Assembly (NCBI GenBank): GCA_964016885.1
Contig: OZ024743.1
Coordinates: 124,806,001 to 124,870,000 of the forward strand
Length of the DNA stretch: 64,000 bases
Origin: Eledone cirrhosa
Taxonomy: Eukaryota
Direction of reading: 5' to 3'
The translations under genes and the position numbers were made by a program. Below are positions 1 through 12,407 of this stretch, piece by piece. Every line of letters starts with the position of its first letter. Within the stretch, counting starts at the first letter, position 1. The notes beneath the pieces were generated by a model. That model was not told the origin of the DNA and ran no database searches. It was given only the letters and a program-made list of their open reading frames with translations.

Positions 1-183
1 ATGGGGAGTAACATCGCCGATACAGCCCAGATCGGCCATATCAGGATTGCTGAAAACAGAGCAGTATTGTTTCTGCAGTATCTCACCCATGGTTTTAGCA
101 TTGTCTTGAAGAGTGCCATTTTCATCAATTAGAGGGCCAACAGTAGAGCCAGTGATTTTGTGTTTTTTTGCAAATGAAAAGAA
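1..183 (-). mobile_element. CR1/Jockey-type LINE ORF2 fragment (endonuclease-RT linker), 5'-truncated into TA repeat, runs off window edge
   Basis: Minus frame not in ORF track reads [48 protein letters not shown], matching the F-SYAK...IGPL..ENG......M.EIL..QY.SVFS pattern of CR1-like ORF2. Confidence 0.75.
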
Positions 184-1103
<920 letters not shown>

Positions 1104-1213
1104 TTTAAAGGATTGTAAATAAAACGAGTAAATCAGACAAAGTTGGAATTCCTCTTATTAATATAATCTTCTATACACAATCATACACACCCGTGTATAT
1201 TTACCTATCTATA

Positions 1214-1319
<106 letters not shown>

Positions 1320-1323
1320 TATA

Positions 1324-1593
1324 TCTACGGAGTGCAGCGCGACTTATGTCGGACAGACGGGACGTCGCCTGGCGGACCGAGTCACGGAGCACCTCCGGGA
1401 TATACGTCTCGGGGGCAGTTCCCCCATCGCCCGCCACTTTGGTGGCCCTGGACATTCCGCACGCCATCTCACAGTCTGTGGCCTACTCCAGTGCCACGGA
1501 ACACCCGCCAATCGCCTTACGGTCGAACAACGAACTACCTTCATCTTACAGACCACACTCCCCCGCCTAAACTCCCCACCCTTATACCTTTAG
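1324..1593 (+). pseudogene. Penelope-type GIY-YIG endonuclease, C-terminal fragment
   Basis: Frame absent from ORF track: [55 protein letters not shown]...[26 protein letters not shown], with C..YVGQT.R.L..R..EH, ARHF...H and terminal E...LN motifs. Confidence 0.9.
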
Positions 1594-3062
1594 CCTTCGA
1601 CCGCCCCCTCCCCCCACACTTAGCCCCCACTAACACCACTAACACACCCCTCCTTTTCACTGCCCACCCCACAACTAACAATACTAACACCTCCACTCCA
1701 CCCCTCATCTGACCACCCTTCCCCAACTAACATACTAACATGCCTTCCCTCCCCTCTTCTCCTCCTCCCCCCTACTTATCACACGCACACACCCACCGGC
1801 ACATATATACACGCGCTCACACTAAACACACACCCTACTACCACCACTAACCCTCACCCCTCCATCCCACCACCCGCAACTAACCTCACTAACACCCCCT
1901 AACCCCAAGCACACGAACCCACTTACACCACCCACCTCACACGCAACTAACATCACTAACACCCCCAACCCCACGCACACGTACCCACACACCCTCGTAC
2001 ACCACCAACTCTACACACCCTACCACCACTAACCCCCACTCACACCTGCATTCAACCCCTCCCCACCTCCCGTATACTAACACCCACTAACACCTCTTCA
2101 TCAAACTACACACACACCAGTACACCACACTCCCTCCATAGAACTACACACACCCTTCTCTCCCCGCTCCACCCACACCCTCGCTCCACACTCACTCATC
2201 CCACTAACACTACTTATACACACACACACACCCTCCTCACTCCAACTTTCACACCTACCCATCCTCGCCCCTTTACCATTCCACCGACTGCTGCTATGCC
2301 CTCTGACCACCTCCCAGCACAAACAGACCACAGCACTCCCACTGCTGACCACTTCCTGTTGCGCGCGCACCGCACATCTCTCCTCTTCCGACCATCGCTT
2401 CATGGAATAGCCAAACGCAGAAATTGACCAACAACCAATCCACTAAACATCTTCGGATTTACCAACTTTTCAACCGTCCTCTTACGTAATCACCTATATA
2501 ACTCACCCACACACACACCCAAAAAAATTTTTTTTCTCCTCACGCCACCTACACCCACAGCACGCTTAAACCCCACACACACGTGCTTTCCACCACATAT
2601 TTACACCCTCAGCCTCCTGATTCCTCTCCCCCCCACCCCTCTATCCACACACGCACAGACACTCCGACCCCCCCCCCCCCCCCCACACACACACCTCTTC
2701 CTGAACATGCAACCCCGTTCTTCCCCCAACCCTTACTTTCACATACACACACGCACACCTACACACACACACCACCTTCAGCCCTCCCCGCTCGGACACC
2801 CCGTCTCCCTCTCCCCACTCCACCCGCCACCACCCCTACACACCCCACAACCTTCCACCACCTGTTTACCCCCCTTTTAATTTCAGTTTATTTTGATCAT
2901 GCCTTTATTTTTAAATTATCTCATTCCTTGTATTTTGATCATGCTTTATTTTTATTTTTATCTTTATTTTGTATTTTTTCATTCGTACCGTTTCCTTTCG
3001 CTATATGTCTCTCCACCACTCCCCTACACACCCTTTGAACTCTGTTCCCACACACTTCTCAC

Positions 3063-3093
3063 CTGAGGAAGGGCTTATGCCCGAAACGTCGTC
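3063..3093 (+). ncRNA. Minimal Penelope-type hammerhead ribozyme motif (stem I not evident)
   Basis: CTGAGGA-A-GGGC TTAT GCCC-GAAA-CGTCG-TC; core boxes and stem II present, stem III minimal. Confidence 0.7.
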
Positions 3094-3178
3094 CCCCACC
3101 AACACCCCACTCTCCAGAGCGTGAAATTAATAAACATTCGTTGTACTGCCTCTCTGTTTTGTCCCTGTTCAAATTTTT

Positions 3179-3916
<738 letters not shown>

Positions 3917-4518
3917 GGTGGCTGCCAACTCGTTTTCGAGTACGGCCACTACTTTATATCCATGTAGAACCCCTACCAATGCGCTGAACGAATGTGACTT
4001 TTTAGTCCAGCCAGCGACTTGAAAACTCTGGTACAAACACTACACTTGTGACAATTATTGACACATAGTGCTGGGCCCATGGTACCATGTGACGACAAGT
4101 GCAGAGAGATCCCCAGATATAAAGCAATGCCTGTGCCGTGAAGCTTTTATAGTGAGCAAAGGCACTGCACAAAGCCAGTCCCACTCTCTTAACCAAGATG
4201 ATATTTACCAAAAAGAAGAACAAGTCAACATCATTGGATACCATCAGGGTTGCAGGTGTTATATCAGAGTTTTCCTTCTCCTAGAATTCTGCCTTGACAA
4301 AGGCTAAGGGGTCATCTCTCCCGGTGATTTTGGATGGCTATTGACTCTTAAGAGCCCCTTTGCCTTTTGACAGGTTTTGTTTTTAGTCCTGCAGGATGTC
4401 CAAAGTCACCCTCCTCACCAAGAAACCTTGGTGGGGTTGCCAGTTTAGTCGCCAACGACCCGACCATGAGACAGGTTGTACTGGGATACATGTTACCAGT
4501 AGCACCAACTGGTGACCT
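3917..4518 (-). mobile_element. ~600-bp non-autonomous RTE derivative, copy 1
   Basis: Near-identical to 5116-5714 and 28941-29545 with the same ends. Minus strand has an RTE 5'UTR-like motif CTAGGAGAAGGAAAACTCTGA, a terminal C2H2 peptide [22 protein letters not shown] and a 3' hairpin ACTCG-AAAA-CGAGT before a TA tail. Confidence 0.8.
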
Positions 4519-4520
4519 GA

Positions 4521-5115
<595 letters not shown>

Positions 5116-5714
5116 GGTGGCTGCAAACTCGTTTTCGAGTACAGCCACTACTTTATATGTAGGAGAACCCCTACCGATGCGCTGAACGAGTGTGACTTTT
5201 TAGTCCAGCCTGCGACATGAAAACTCTGGTACAAACACTACACTTGTGACAATTATTGACACAGTGCTGGGCCCATGGTACCATGTGATGACAAGTGCAG
5301 AAAGATCTCCAGATATAAAGCAATGCCTGTGCCGTGAAGCTTTTATAGTGAGCAAAGGCACTGCACAAAGCCAGTCCCACTCTCTTAACCAAGATGATAT
5401 TTATCAAAAAGAAGAACAAGTCAACATCATTGGATACCATCAGGGTTGCAGGTGTTATATCAGAATTTTCCTTCTCCTAGAATTCTGCCTTGACAAAGGC
5501 TAAGGGGTCATCTATCCCGGTGATTTTGGATGGTCATTGACTCTTAAGAGGTCCTTTGCCCTTTGACAGGTTTTGTTTTTAGTCCTGCAGGATGTCCAAA
5601 GTCACCCTCCTCACCAAGAAACCTTGGAGGGGTTGCCAGTTTAGTCGCCAACGACCCGACCATGAGGCAGGTTGTACTGGGATACATGTTACCAGTAGCA
5701 CCAACTGGTGACCT
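5116..5714 (-). mobile_element. ~600-bp non-autonomous RTE derivative, copy 2
   Basis: Same ends and body as copy 1; ORF 5171..5440 ends [23 protein letters not shown]. Confidence 0.8.
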
Positions 5715-5925
5715 GGCCATATATATACATACATATATATATAGATATATATATACATACATATATATATAGATATATATATACATACATATATATATAC
5801 ACATACATATATATATATACATACATATATATATACATACATACATATATATATACATATATATATATACATATATATATATATACATACATATATATAT
5901 ACATATATATATATACATATATATC

Positions 5926-8796
5926 GACGATGGGCTGGGTGGAGTAGGAATCATGGTAGCAGAAAAGTGGGCAGATAAGATAATAGACGTAAATAGAGTG
6001 AACGACAGAATAATTAAAATAAGACTTGTCCTCAATAAAACTACGGTGACAGTAATATCTGCGTACGCACCCCAATCCGGACTGCCCGGCACTATAAAAG
6101 ACAGATTCTATGAGACACTGTTGCTAACTACCTCCCAAATATCTGACAGTGACTATATAATTATTGCAGGCGACCTAAATGGTCACGTTGGACAACATTG
6201 TGACGGCTACGACGAAATCCATGGAGGCTATGGGTTTGGTACTAGAAATGAGGAAGGCTCCAGAATCCTGGAATTCTGTGATGCAATTAACCTAACTATC
6301 TGTAACACTAACTTCAAAAAACGTGACAATCACCTGATCACCTATAGATCAGGGGAACACACAAGCCAGGTAGATTATATCCTTACCAGAAGACGTGACA
6401 GAGTGTCTGTTGTAAACACTAAATCCCTCCCCCATGAAGAATGCACCTCCCAACATAGACTGATAATTAGCGACCTCATAGTCAGGACGAGACGTACTCG
6501 ACAGCAGAAGAGGACTATCCTCAGGAGGAAAATATGGAAACTAAAGGACCCCACAGCCAGAAATAAATTTCAAAGCATATTACTTGATGCTTTCGACAGT
6601 AAGGAAGAGCATCTAGAATCGGACAATATAGAGGGACAGTGGGAATTTCTGAAAGCAAACCTGCTGTTGGCGACAGACGAAGTCTGTGGCTGGAGCAGGC
6701 CTGTAGGCAGGAGGAGAGTAACTTGGTGGTGGAACAGTAGGGTGGAGGGGTCAATTAAGGCCAAAAAGCAGGCTTGGAAAGTATGGCGGGATGGGGGAAG
6801 TAGAGTAGACTATCAAGTGGCCAGGAGGGAAGCTAGGAGAGAAGTGTACTTAGCAAGAAGGGAAGCTGAGGAAAGAAAGTTCAAGCATGTTCTACAACGT
6901 GATGACCAAAAACGTGAGGTGTTCAGGATTGCCAGGCAATGCGTCAAGGAAAACCGTGATATTGTCGGGGAGAAGTGTGTACTTAACGATGATGGCATAC
7001 TTGCCATCACCGACACTGATAAGAAGGTAGCTTGGAAGTGTCACTATGAAAGGCTACTAAATGAGGAGAATAAATGGAAGAAAGACAGTCTCCCCCATAT
7101 CGACCCGATAGAGGGACCAGCAGTGTTAGTCGAGGGGAGTATAATAAGTAAGGCAATCAAGGATATGAAGACGGGTAAGGCGGCTGGGCCTTCGGAAATA
7201 GTTGCTGAGATGCTGAAGGCATCTGGCACGGTGGGACACACCATGGTCACCCGCATAGTTAACCAAGTCGTACAGAATGGGGTTGTTCCGAAGGACTGGC
7301 ATAGCAGCATCATCGTTAACTGTTATAAGGGTAAAGGAGACGCCCTAGATAGGAGTAACTATAGAGGCATTAAATTAATCGACCAGGTCATGAAGGTCAC
7401 GGAAAAAGTAATAGCGCAACTAATCAGAGAGAGAATTGACCTAGATGAAATGCAGTTCGGGTTTGTGTCAGGCAAAAGCACCACAGACGTCCTTTTCATA
7501 GTACGACAACTACAGGAGAAGTACCTAGCTAAAGGTAGACCCCTCTACTTAGCTTTTGTCGACCTGGAGAAAGCCTTCGACAGAGTCCCCCGCTCCATTA
7601 TCTGGTGGGCTCTTAGAAAACTAGGCGTTGACGAATGGCTTGTGAGGGCTATACAAGCCATGTATAAAGAAACAGTCAGCAAGGTTAGAATTAACAACGA
7701 ATATAGTGAAGAGTTTAGCGTAAAAGTTGGCGTCCATCAGGGCTCTGTTCTCAGCCCCCTACTATTTATTATTGCCCTTCAGGCTATAACAGAGGAGTTC
7801 AAGACAGGCTGCCCATGGGAACTCCTATACGCAGACGACCTGACACTCATAGCGGAATCAATGGCCGAGCTAGAGAAGAAATTCCAAACATGGAAGCACG
7901 GCCTAGAGTCAAAAGGACTTAAAATTAACCTGGCTAAGACCAAAGTTCTAGTTTGTAGGAAAGAAAACAAGGCGGCGGTCCCTTCTGGGAAATGGTCGTG
8001 CTCGGTGTGTAGGAAAGGCGTAGGTAGAAACTCCATTTTATGTCCTAAATGCAAAGTATGGGTGCATAAAAGATGTAGTGGGATCACAGGTAAGCTAACT
8101 AAGAACATAGATTTTACATGTGGCCGGTGTTCTGGTGCAATAAGTAGCAGCAAGTGCCCACAAAATACTAGCTCTTTCAATTGCGCAGAGGGTTCTATAG
8201 AAATAGTGGACAGCTTCCGTTACCTGGGCGATAAAATCAGCAGTGGGGGAGGGTGCTCTGAAAGTACTGTAGCTAGAGTCAGAACTGGTTGGAAAAAGTT
8301 CAGAGAGCTTATACCACTATTAGCTGCTAAAGGGTTCTCCCTAAAAATGAAAGGCAGGTTGTACGATGCCTGCATACGAACAGCAATGTTGCATGGTAGT
8401 GAGACCTGGGCATTGTGTGCAGAGGATATACGCAGACTAGAGAGGAACGAAGCTTGCATGCTCCGCTGGATGTGTAACAGTAATATACGTGAACGGCAAA
8501 GCATAAACGAACTAAGGAAAAAATTAGAGATAAGAGGGATCAGATGTTGTTTACTCGAGAGAAGGCTGCGTTGGTATGGACACATGATGCGCATGAAAGT
8601 CGATAGCTGTATTACAAAGTGCAGGGCAATAAAGATAGACGGTAGCCACGGAATAGGCAGACCTAGAAAAACATGGGATGAGCTGATAAACTCCGACCTC
8701 ACACACTTACACCTCTCCAAGACAATGTCACTGGACCGAGACCTTTGGCGGTACTCAGTAACAGAGAAGACCCGCCTTGCCAGTAGGCATCTCTAA
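5926..8796 (+). CDS. RTE ORF: APE endonuclease (N-truncated) + reverse transcriptase + PHD-type finger
   Basis: Frame is open from DDGLGGVGI (5926) into the 947-aa ORF 5953..8796. Motifs [53 protein letters not shown] (7828-7839), FRYLG, RLRWYGH, GRPRKTW. No stops or frameshifts. Confidence 0.95.
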   Translation, partial: DDGLGGVGIMVAEKWADKIIDVNRVNDRIIKIRLVLNKTTVTVISAYAPQSGLPGTIKDRFYETLLLTTSQISDSDYIIIAGDLNGHVGQHCDGYDEIHGGYGFGTRNEEGSRILEFCDAINLTICNTNFKKRDNHLITYRSGEHTSQVDYILTRRRDRVSVVNTKSLPHEECTSQHRLIISDLIVRTRRTRQQKRTILRRKIWKLKDPTARNKFQSILLDAFDSKEEHLESDNIEGQWEFLKANLLLATDEVCGWSRPVGRRRVTWWWNSRVEGSIKAKKQAWKVWRDGGSRVDYQVARREARREVYLARREAEERKFKHVLQRDDQKREVFRIARQCVKENRDIVGEKCVLNDDGILAITDTDKKVAWKCHYERLLNEENKWKKDSLPHIDPIEGPAVLVEGSIISKAIKDMKTGKAAGPSEIVAEMLKASGTVGHTMVTRIVNQVVQNGVVPKDWHSSIIVNCYKGKGDALDRSNYRGIKLIDQVMKVTEKVIAQLIRERIDLDEMQFGFVSGKSTTDVLFIVRQLQEKYLAKGRPLYLAFVDLEKAFDRVPRSIIWWALRKLGVDEWLVRAIQAMYKETVSKVRINNEYSEEFSVKVGVHQGSVLSPLLFIIALQAITEEFKTGCPWELLYADDLTLIAESMAELEKKFQTWKHGLESKGLKINLAKTKVLVCRKENKAAVPSGKWSCSVCRKGVGRNSILCPKCKVWVHKRCSGITGKLTKNIDFTCGRCSGAISSSKCPQNTSSFNCAEGSIEIVDSFRYLGDKISSGGGCSESTVARVRTGWKKFRELIPLLAAKGFSLKMKGRLYDACIRTAMLHGSETWALCAEDIRRLERNEACMLRWMCNSNIRERQSINELRKKLEIRGIRCCLLERRLRWYGHMMRMKVDSCITKCRAIKIDGSHGIGRPRKTWDELINSDLTHLHLSKTMSLDRDLWRYSVTEKTRLASRHL

Positions 8797-9151
8797 CAAA
8801 ATACACCCCGTCCCGCCGCCACCCCCACCCCATCCACACCACCCCGTTCTATGTAAAGTTATGTTGGTGCCGCGCCATCCAGGCCGAAACAAATGAGATC
8901 GTGTAGGTGTCACGACAAAAAAACACACAGTCCACGCTGTAATGTGGCCGTGTAGGCAACACGGTAAAAACCTCCCAGACCCACACTGTAAATGTGGTTG
9001 GTGTTAGGAAGGGCATCCAACTGTAGAAAACCTGCCAGACAGTCCTATGCGAGCAAGACAATCACTCTTGCCTCAAGTGGGACTACCCCCGTCCAAACCC
9101 ATGCAAGCGTGGAACACGGACGTTAAACGTTGATGATGATGATGATGATGA
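5926..9151 (+). mobile_element. RTE-clade LINE (family A), 5'-truncated within the endonuclease, with 3'UTR and (GAT)n tail
   Basis: Single long ORF, ~350-bp 3'UTR ending ACGGACGTTAAACGTT(GAT)n; TA tracts on both sides. Confidence 0.95.
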
Positions 9152-9493
9152 TATACATATATATATATATATACAGATATATACATATATATATATATAT
9201 ACATATATACATATAAACATATATATATATATATATACATATATATATACGTATATATATATATACATATATATATGAAAAACAAGTAAGAATACTGCAT
9301 GGTTGCACATGGATTACATATTATAAACTGAGTCCCTTATCAGTGATTTGCCAACCATTATTGGTATTTCATCGCATTAAAAATCACATATATATACATA
9401 TATATATATACATACATACATATATATATATACATATATATATACATATGTACATATATATACATATATACATATATATACATATATATATAC

Positions 9494-9524
<31 letters not shown>

Positions 9525-9593
9525 CATATATATATACATATAAATATATATATACATATAAATATATATATACATATAAATATATATATATAT

Positions 9594-10022
9594 AGTAATA
9601 ATAATAAATTTGAAGACTAAAATCCAAAGAGGGCTCGATAAGGATAAATATATATCAAATATATAAGAACCGTAGAGCAAATATTTATTAAAATAACAGA
9701 TTAAAGTTTAAGCAAAGAATCGCTGCTTTCACCCTTAACGGGATCTTCTGAAACTAACAAAGTCAATCTGTAAACGCAGAACTGGATATTTCAAAAAACG
9801 TTGCAACCGGAGGAAGACAGGAAGACGATACTTTGGTTCGTGGAAGCCAGCGAACGTTTCCACGAACCAAAGTATCGTCTTCCTGTCTTCCTCCGGTTGC
9901 AACGTTTTTTGAAATATCCAGTTCTGCGTTTACAGATTGACTTTGTCAGTTTCAGAAGATCCCGTTAAGGGTGAAAGCAGCGATTCTTTGCTTAAACTTT
10001 AATCTGTTATTTTAATAAATAT
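9594..10022. mobile_element. Fold-back element with 165-bp inverted arms; probable Penelope 3' end with inverted duplicate
   Basis: Arms 9681-9845 and 9858-10022 (one mismatch seen), 12-nt loop, ~87-bp extension on the left only; each arm has a CAGAAGA-stem-GAAA motif and AATAAA. Confidence 0.75.
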
Positions 10023-10056
10023 ATACATATATATATATATATACATATATATATAC

Positions 10057-10119
<63 letters not shown>

Positions 10120-10120
10120 C

Positions 10121-10169
10121 GAAAGGCTACTAAATGAGGAGAATAATTGGGAGAAAGACAGTCTCCCCC
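10121..10169 (+). mobile_element. 49-bp internal fragment of RTE family A
   Basis: GAAAGGCTACTAAATGAGGAGAATAATTGGGAGAAAGACAGTCTCCCCC matches 7047-7095 with two substitutions. Confidence 0.85.
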
Positions 10170-10471
10170 TTCATGCTGCTATTTCTAGCAGCATGAAATA
10201 TCAGCGAGTCTATAATTCCCATTATTTCTAATGGTCCAATTTAACGGCTTGATTCATTAACTGGGCAGAGGGTGATATATCTACATCTATACGGACTTAC
10301 GTCTAGTAGATTTGAAAATGCCATCTGAAGAGTTATATCTTTCCATTGGAAATTCTCTGAATTTCCAATCTTTTGATAAGCGAAACCGTCGGTCATGGCA
10401 CTAGAAGAGGTAAATATTTAAATTGTATTTTAATTTTTTTGAAAGATTGTTTAATATTTACTTGTTCCGGT

Positions 10472-10472
<1 letters not shown>
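10170..10472 (+). mobile_element. Short non-coding hammerhead-bearing element (Penelope terminal/retrozyme-like)
   Basis: Begins with 12-bp hairpin TTCATGCTGCTA-TTTC-TAGCAGCATGAA, contains a complete hammerhead, T-rich tail ends in a TA tract. Confidence 0.7.
10319..10400 (+). ncRNA. Type I hammerhead ribozyme
   Basis: Stem I TGCCAT/ATGGCA; CTGAAGA 10325-10331; long stem II with ATTGGAAATTC-TCT-GAATTTCCAAT; GAAA 10382-10385; stem III CC-GTC-GG; GTC cleavage triplet, predicted cut after 10394. Confidence 0.88.
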
Positions 10473-10509
<37 letters not shown>

Positions 10510-10743
10510 TATTTACATATATATACATATATATATACATATAAATATATACATATATACACATATATATATACATATAAATATATACATATATACATAT
10601 AAATATATACATATATATACATATGTATATATACATAGATATATATATATATATATACATACATATAAATATATACATATATATATACATATATATATAC
10701 ATATATATACATATATATATATACATATATATATACATATATC

Positions 10744-11025
10744 AGACCGGGTGATGTGTTGTTACCGTGAGCAAGACACTTTGTTTCACATTGCTCCAGT
10801 TTACTCAGCTGTAGAAATGAGATGATAGGGACTGGGGTCCCTATCATTCCACTGCAAAGTGGATGTGGAGGCGCCACGGAAAAAAAAGCACCCAGCACTC
10901 ACTGTAAATGAGGTTGGTGTTAGGAAGGGCATCCAGCTGTAGAGATCAAGCCAGAATCAGTTCCCGTCCCACACTTGCAAGCAGGGAAAAAGAGGACGTA
11001 AAATGAAATGATGAATGATGAAATG
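10744..11025 (+). mobile_element. tRNA-derived CORE-like SINE with RTE-B tail, 5'-truncated
   Basis: Body TGAGCAAGACACTT..TTTCACATTGCTCCAG as in 43429-43806; tail CCCGTCCCACACTTGCAAGCAGGGAAAAAGAGGACGTAAAATG. Confidence 0.85.
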
Positions 11026-11167
11026 ATATATATACATACATATATATATACATATATATATATACATACATATATATATACATATACATATACATATATA
11101 TACACACATATATATCCATATATATATACACTCATATATATATATATACACATATATATACATACAC

Positions 11168-11200
<33 letters not shown>

Positions 11201-11201
11201 A

Positions 11202-11346
11202 ATATTAAGATAGGGGGGAAGAAAAATGGCTTCACTTGTGCTTTCAACAAAGAAAATAAATTTGTTGAAAGCACAAGTGAAGCCATTTTTTCTTCCCCCC
11301 TATCTTAATATACCTAACTGTACCAAGGATTACACACATTTTCCAA
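11202..11346. repeat. Short fold-back insertion (50-bp arms, 9-nt loop) with one-sided extension
   Basis: Arms 11202-11251 and 11261-11311, then ~35 nt extra; embedded in TA tract. Confidence 0.85.
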
Positions 11347-11553
11347 TATATATATATATATACACATATATATATATACATACAAATATCTATATACACA
11401 TATATATATACATATATATATGTATATATACACATATATATATACATATATATACACACACATATATATATACATATATATATATACATATATATATACA
11501 CATATATATACGTATACAGACACATATATATATATACACATATATATATAGAC

Positions 11554-11599
<46 letters not shown>

Positions 11600-11847
11600 G
11601 TATATATATATATGTATATATATACATATATGTATATATATATATATATGTATATATATATGTATATATATATACATATATATATATGTGTATATATATA
11701 TGTATATATATATACGTGTATATATATATGTATATATATATACATATATATATATGTGTATATATATATGTATATATATATACATATATATATATGTGTA
11801 TATATATATGTATATATATATACATATATATATATATACATACATAC

Positions 11848-11892
<45 letters not shown>

Positions 11893-11942
11893 TATACATA
11901 TATATACACACATATATATATACATATATATATACACACATA

Positions 11943-11987
<45 letters not shown>

Positions 11988-12015
11988 ATATACATACACA
12001 TATATATACATACAC

Positions 12016-12046
<31 letters not shown>

Positions 12047-12081
12047 CATACACATATATATACATACACATATATATACAT

Positions 12082-12134
<53 letters not shown>

Positions 12135-12136
12135 CT

Positions 12137-12176
<40 letters not shown>

Positions 12177-12370
12177 CATATATATATACACACATATATA
12201 TATACATATATATATACACATATATATATACACATATATATACATATATATATACACACACATATATATACATATACACACACACATATATATATACACA
12301 CATATATATACATATACACACACACATATATATATACACCTATATATATAGACATATATATATATGTATC

Positions 12371-12406
<36 letters not shown>

Positions 12407-12407
12407 T
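11347..12407. repeat. (TA)/(TACA)/(TGTA) compound microsatellite
   Basis: Directly visible; polarity switches between TACA and TGTA internally. Confidence 0.97.

Larger units (their letters stand above)
1324..3180 (+). mobile_element. Penelope-like element 3' portion: GIY-YIG C-terminus, long C/A-rich 3' region, hammerhead-like motif, AATAAA
   Basis: GIY-YIG peptide 1324-1593, hammerhead core 3063-3093, AATAAA 3129-3134; both ends abut TA tracts. Confidence 0.85.

Noticed and set aside
2101-3038. Pro/Thr/His-rich and Gly/Val-rich ORFs
   Set aside because: By-products of the C/A-skewed Penelope 3' region.
4410-4518. Canonical HDV-like ribozyme at the 5' end of the 600-bp element
   Set aside because: A G-U-started P1 (GGTCACC/GGCGACT) is possible, but P3/L3, P1.1 and P4 could not be placed in the required order; kept only as an unclassified structure.
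6521-8720. Antisense ORFs within the RTE (and similar ones in RTE-B and Helitron 1)
   Set aside because: Shadow frames of the real transposon ORFs with no recognisable motifs.
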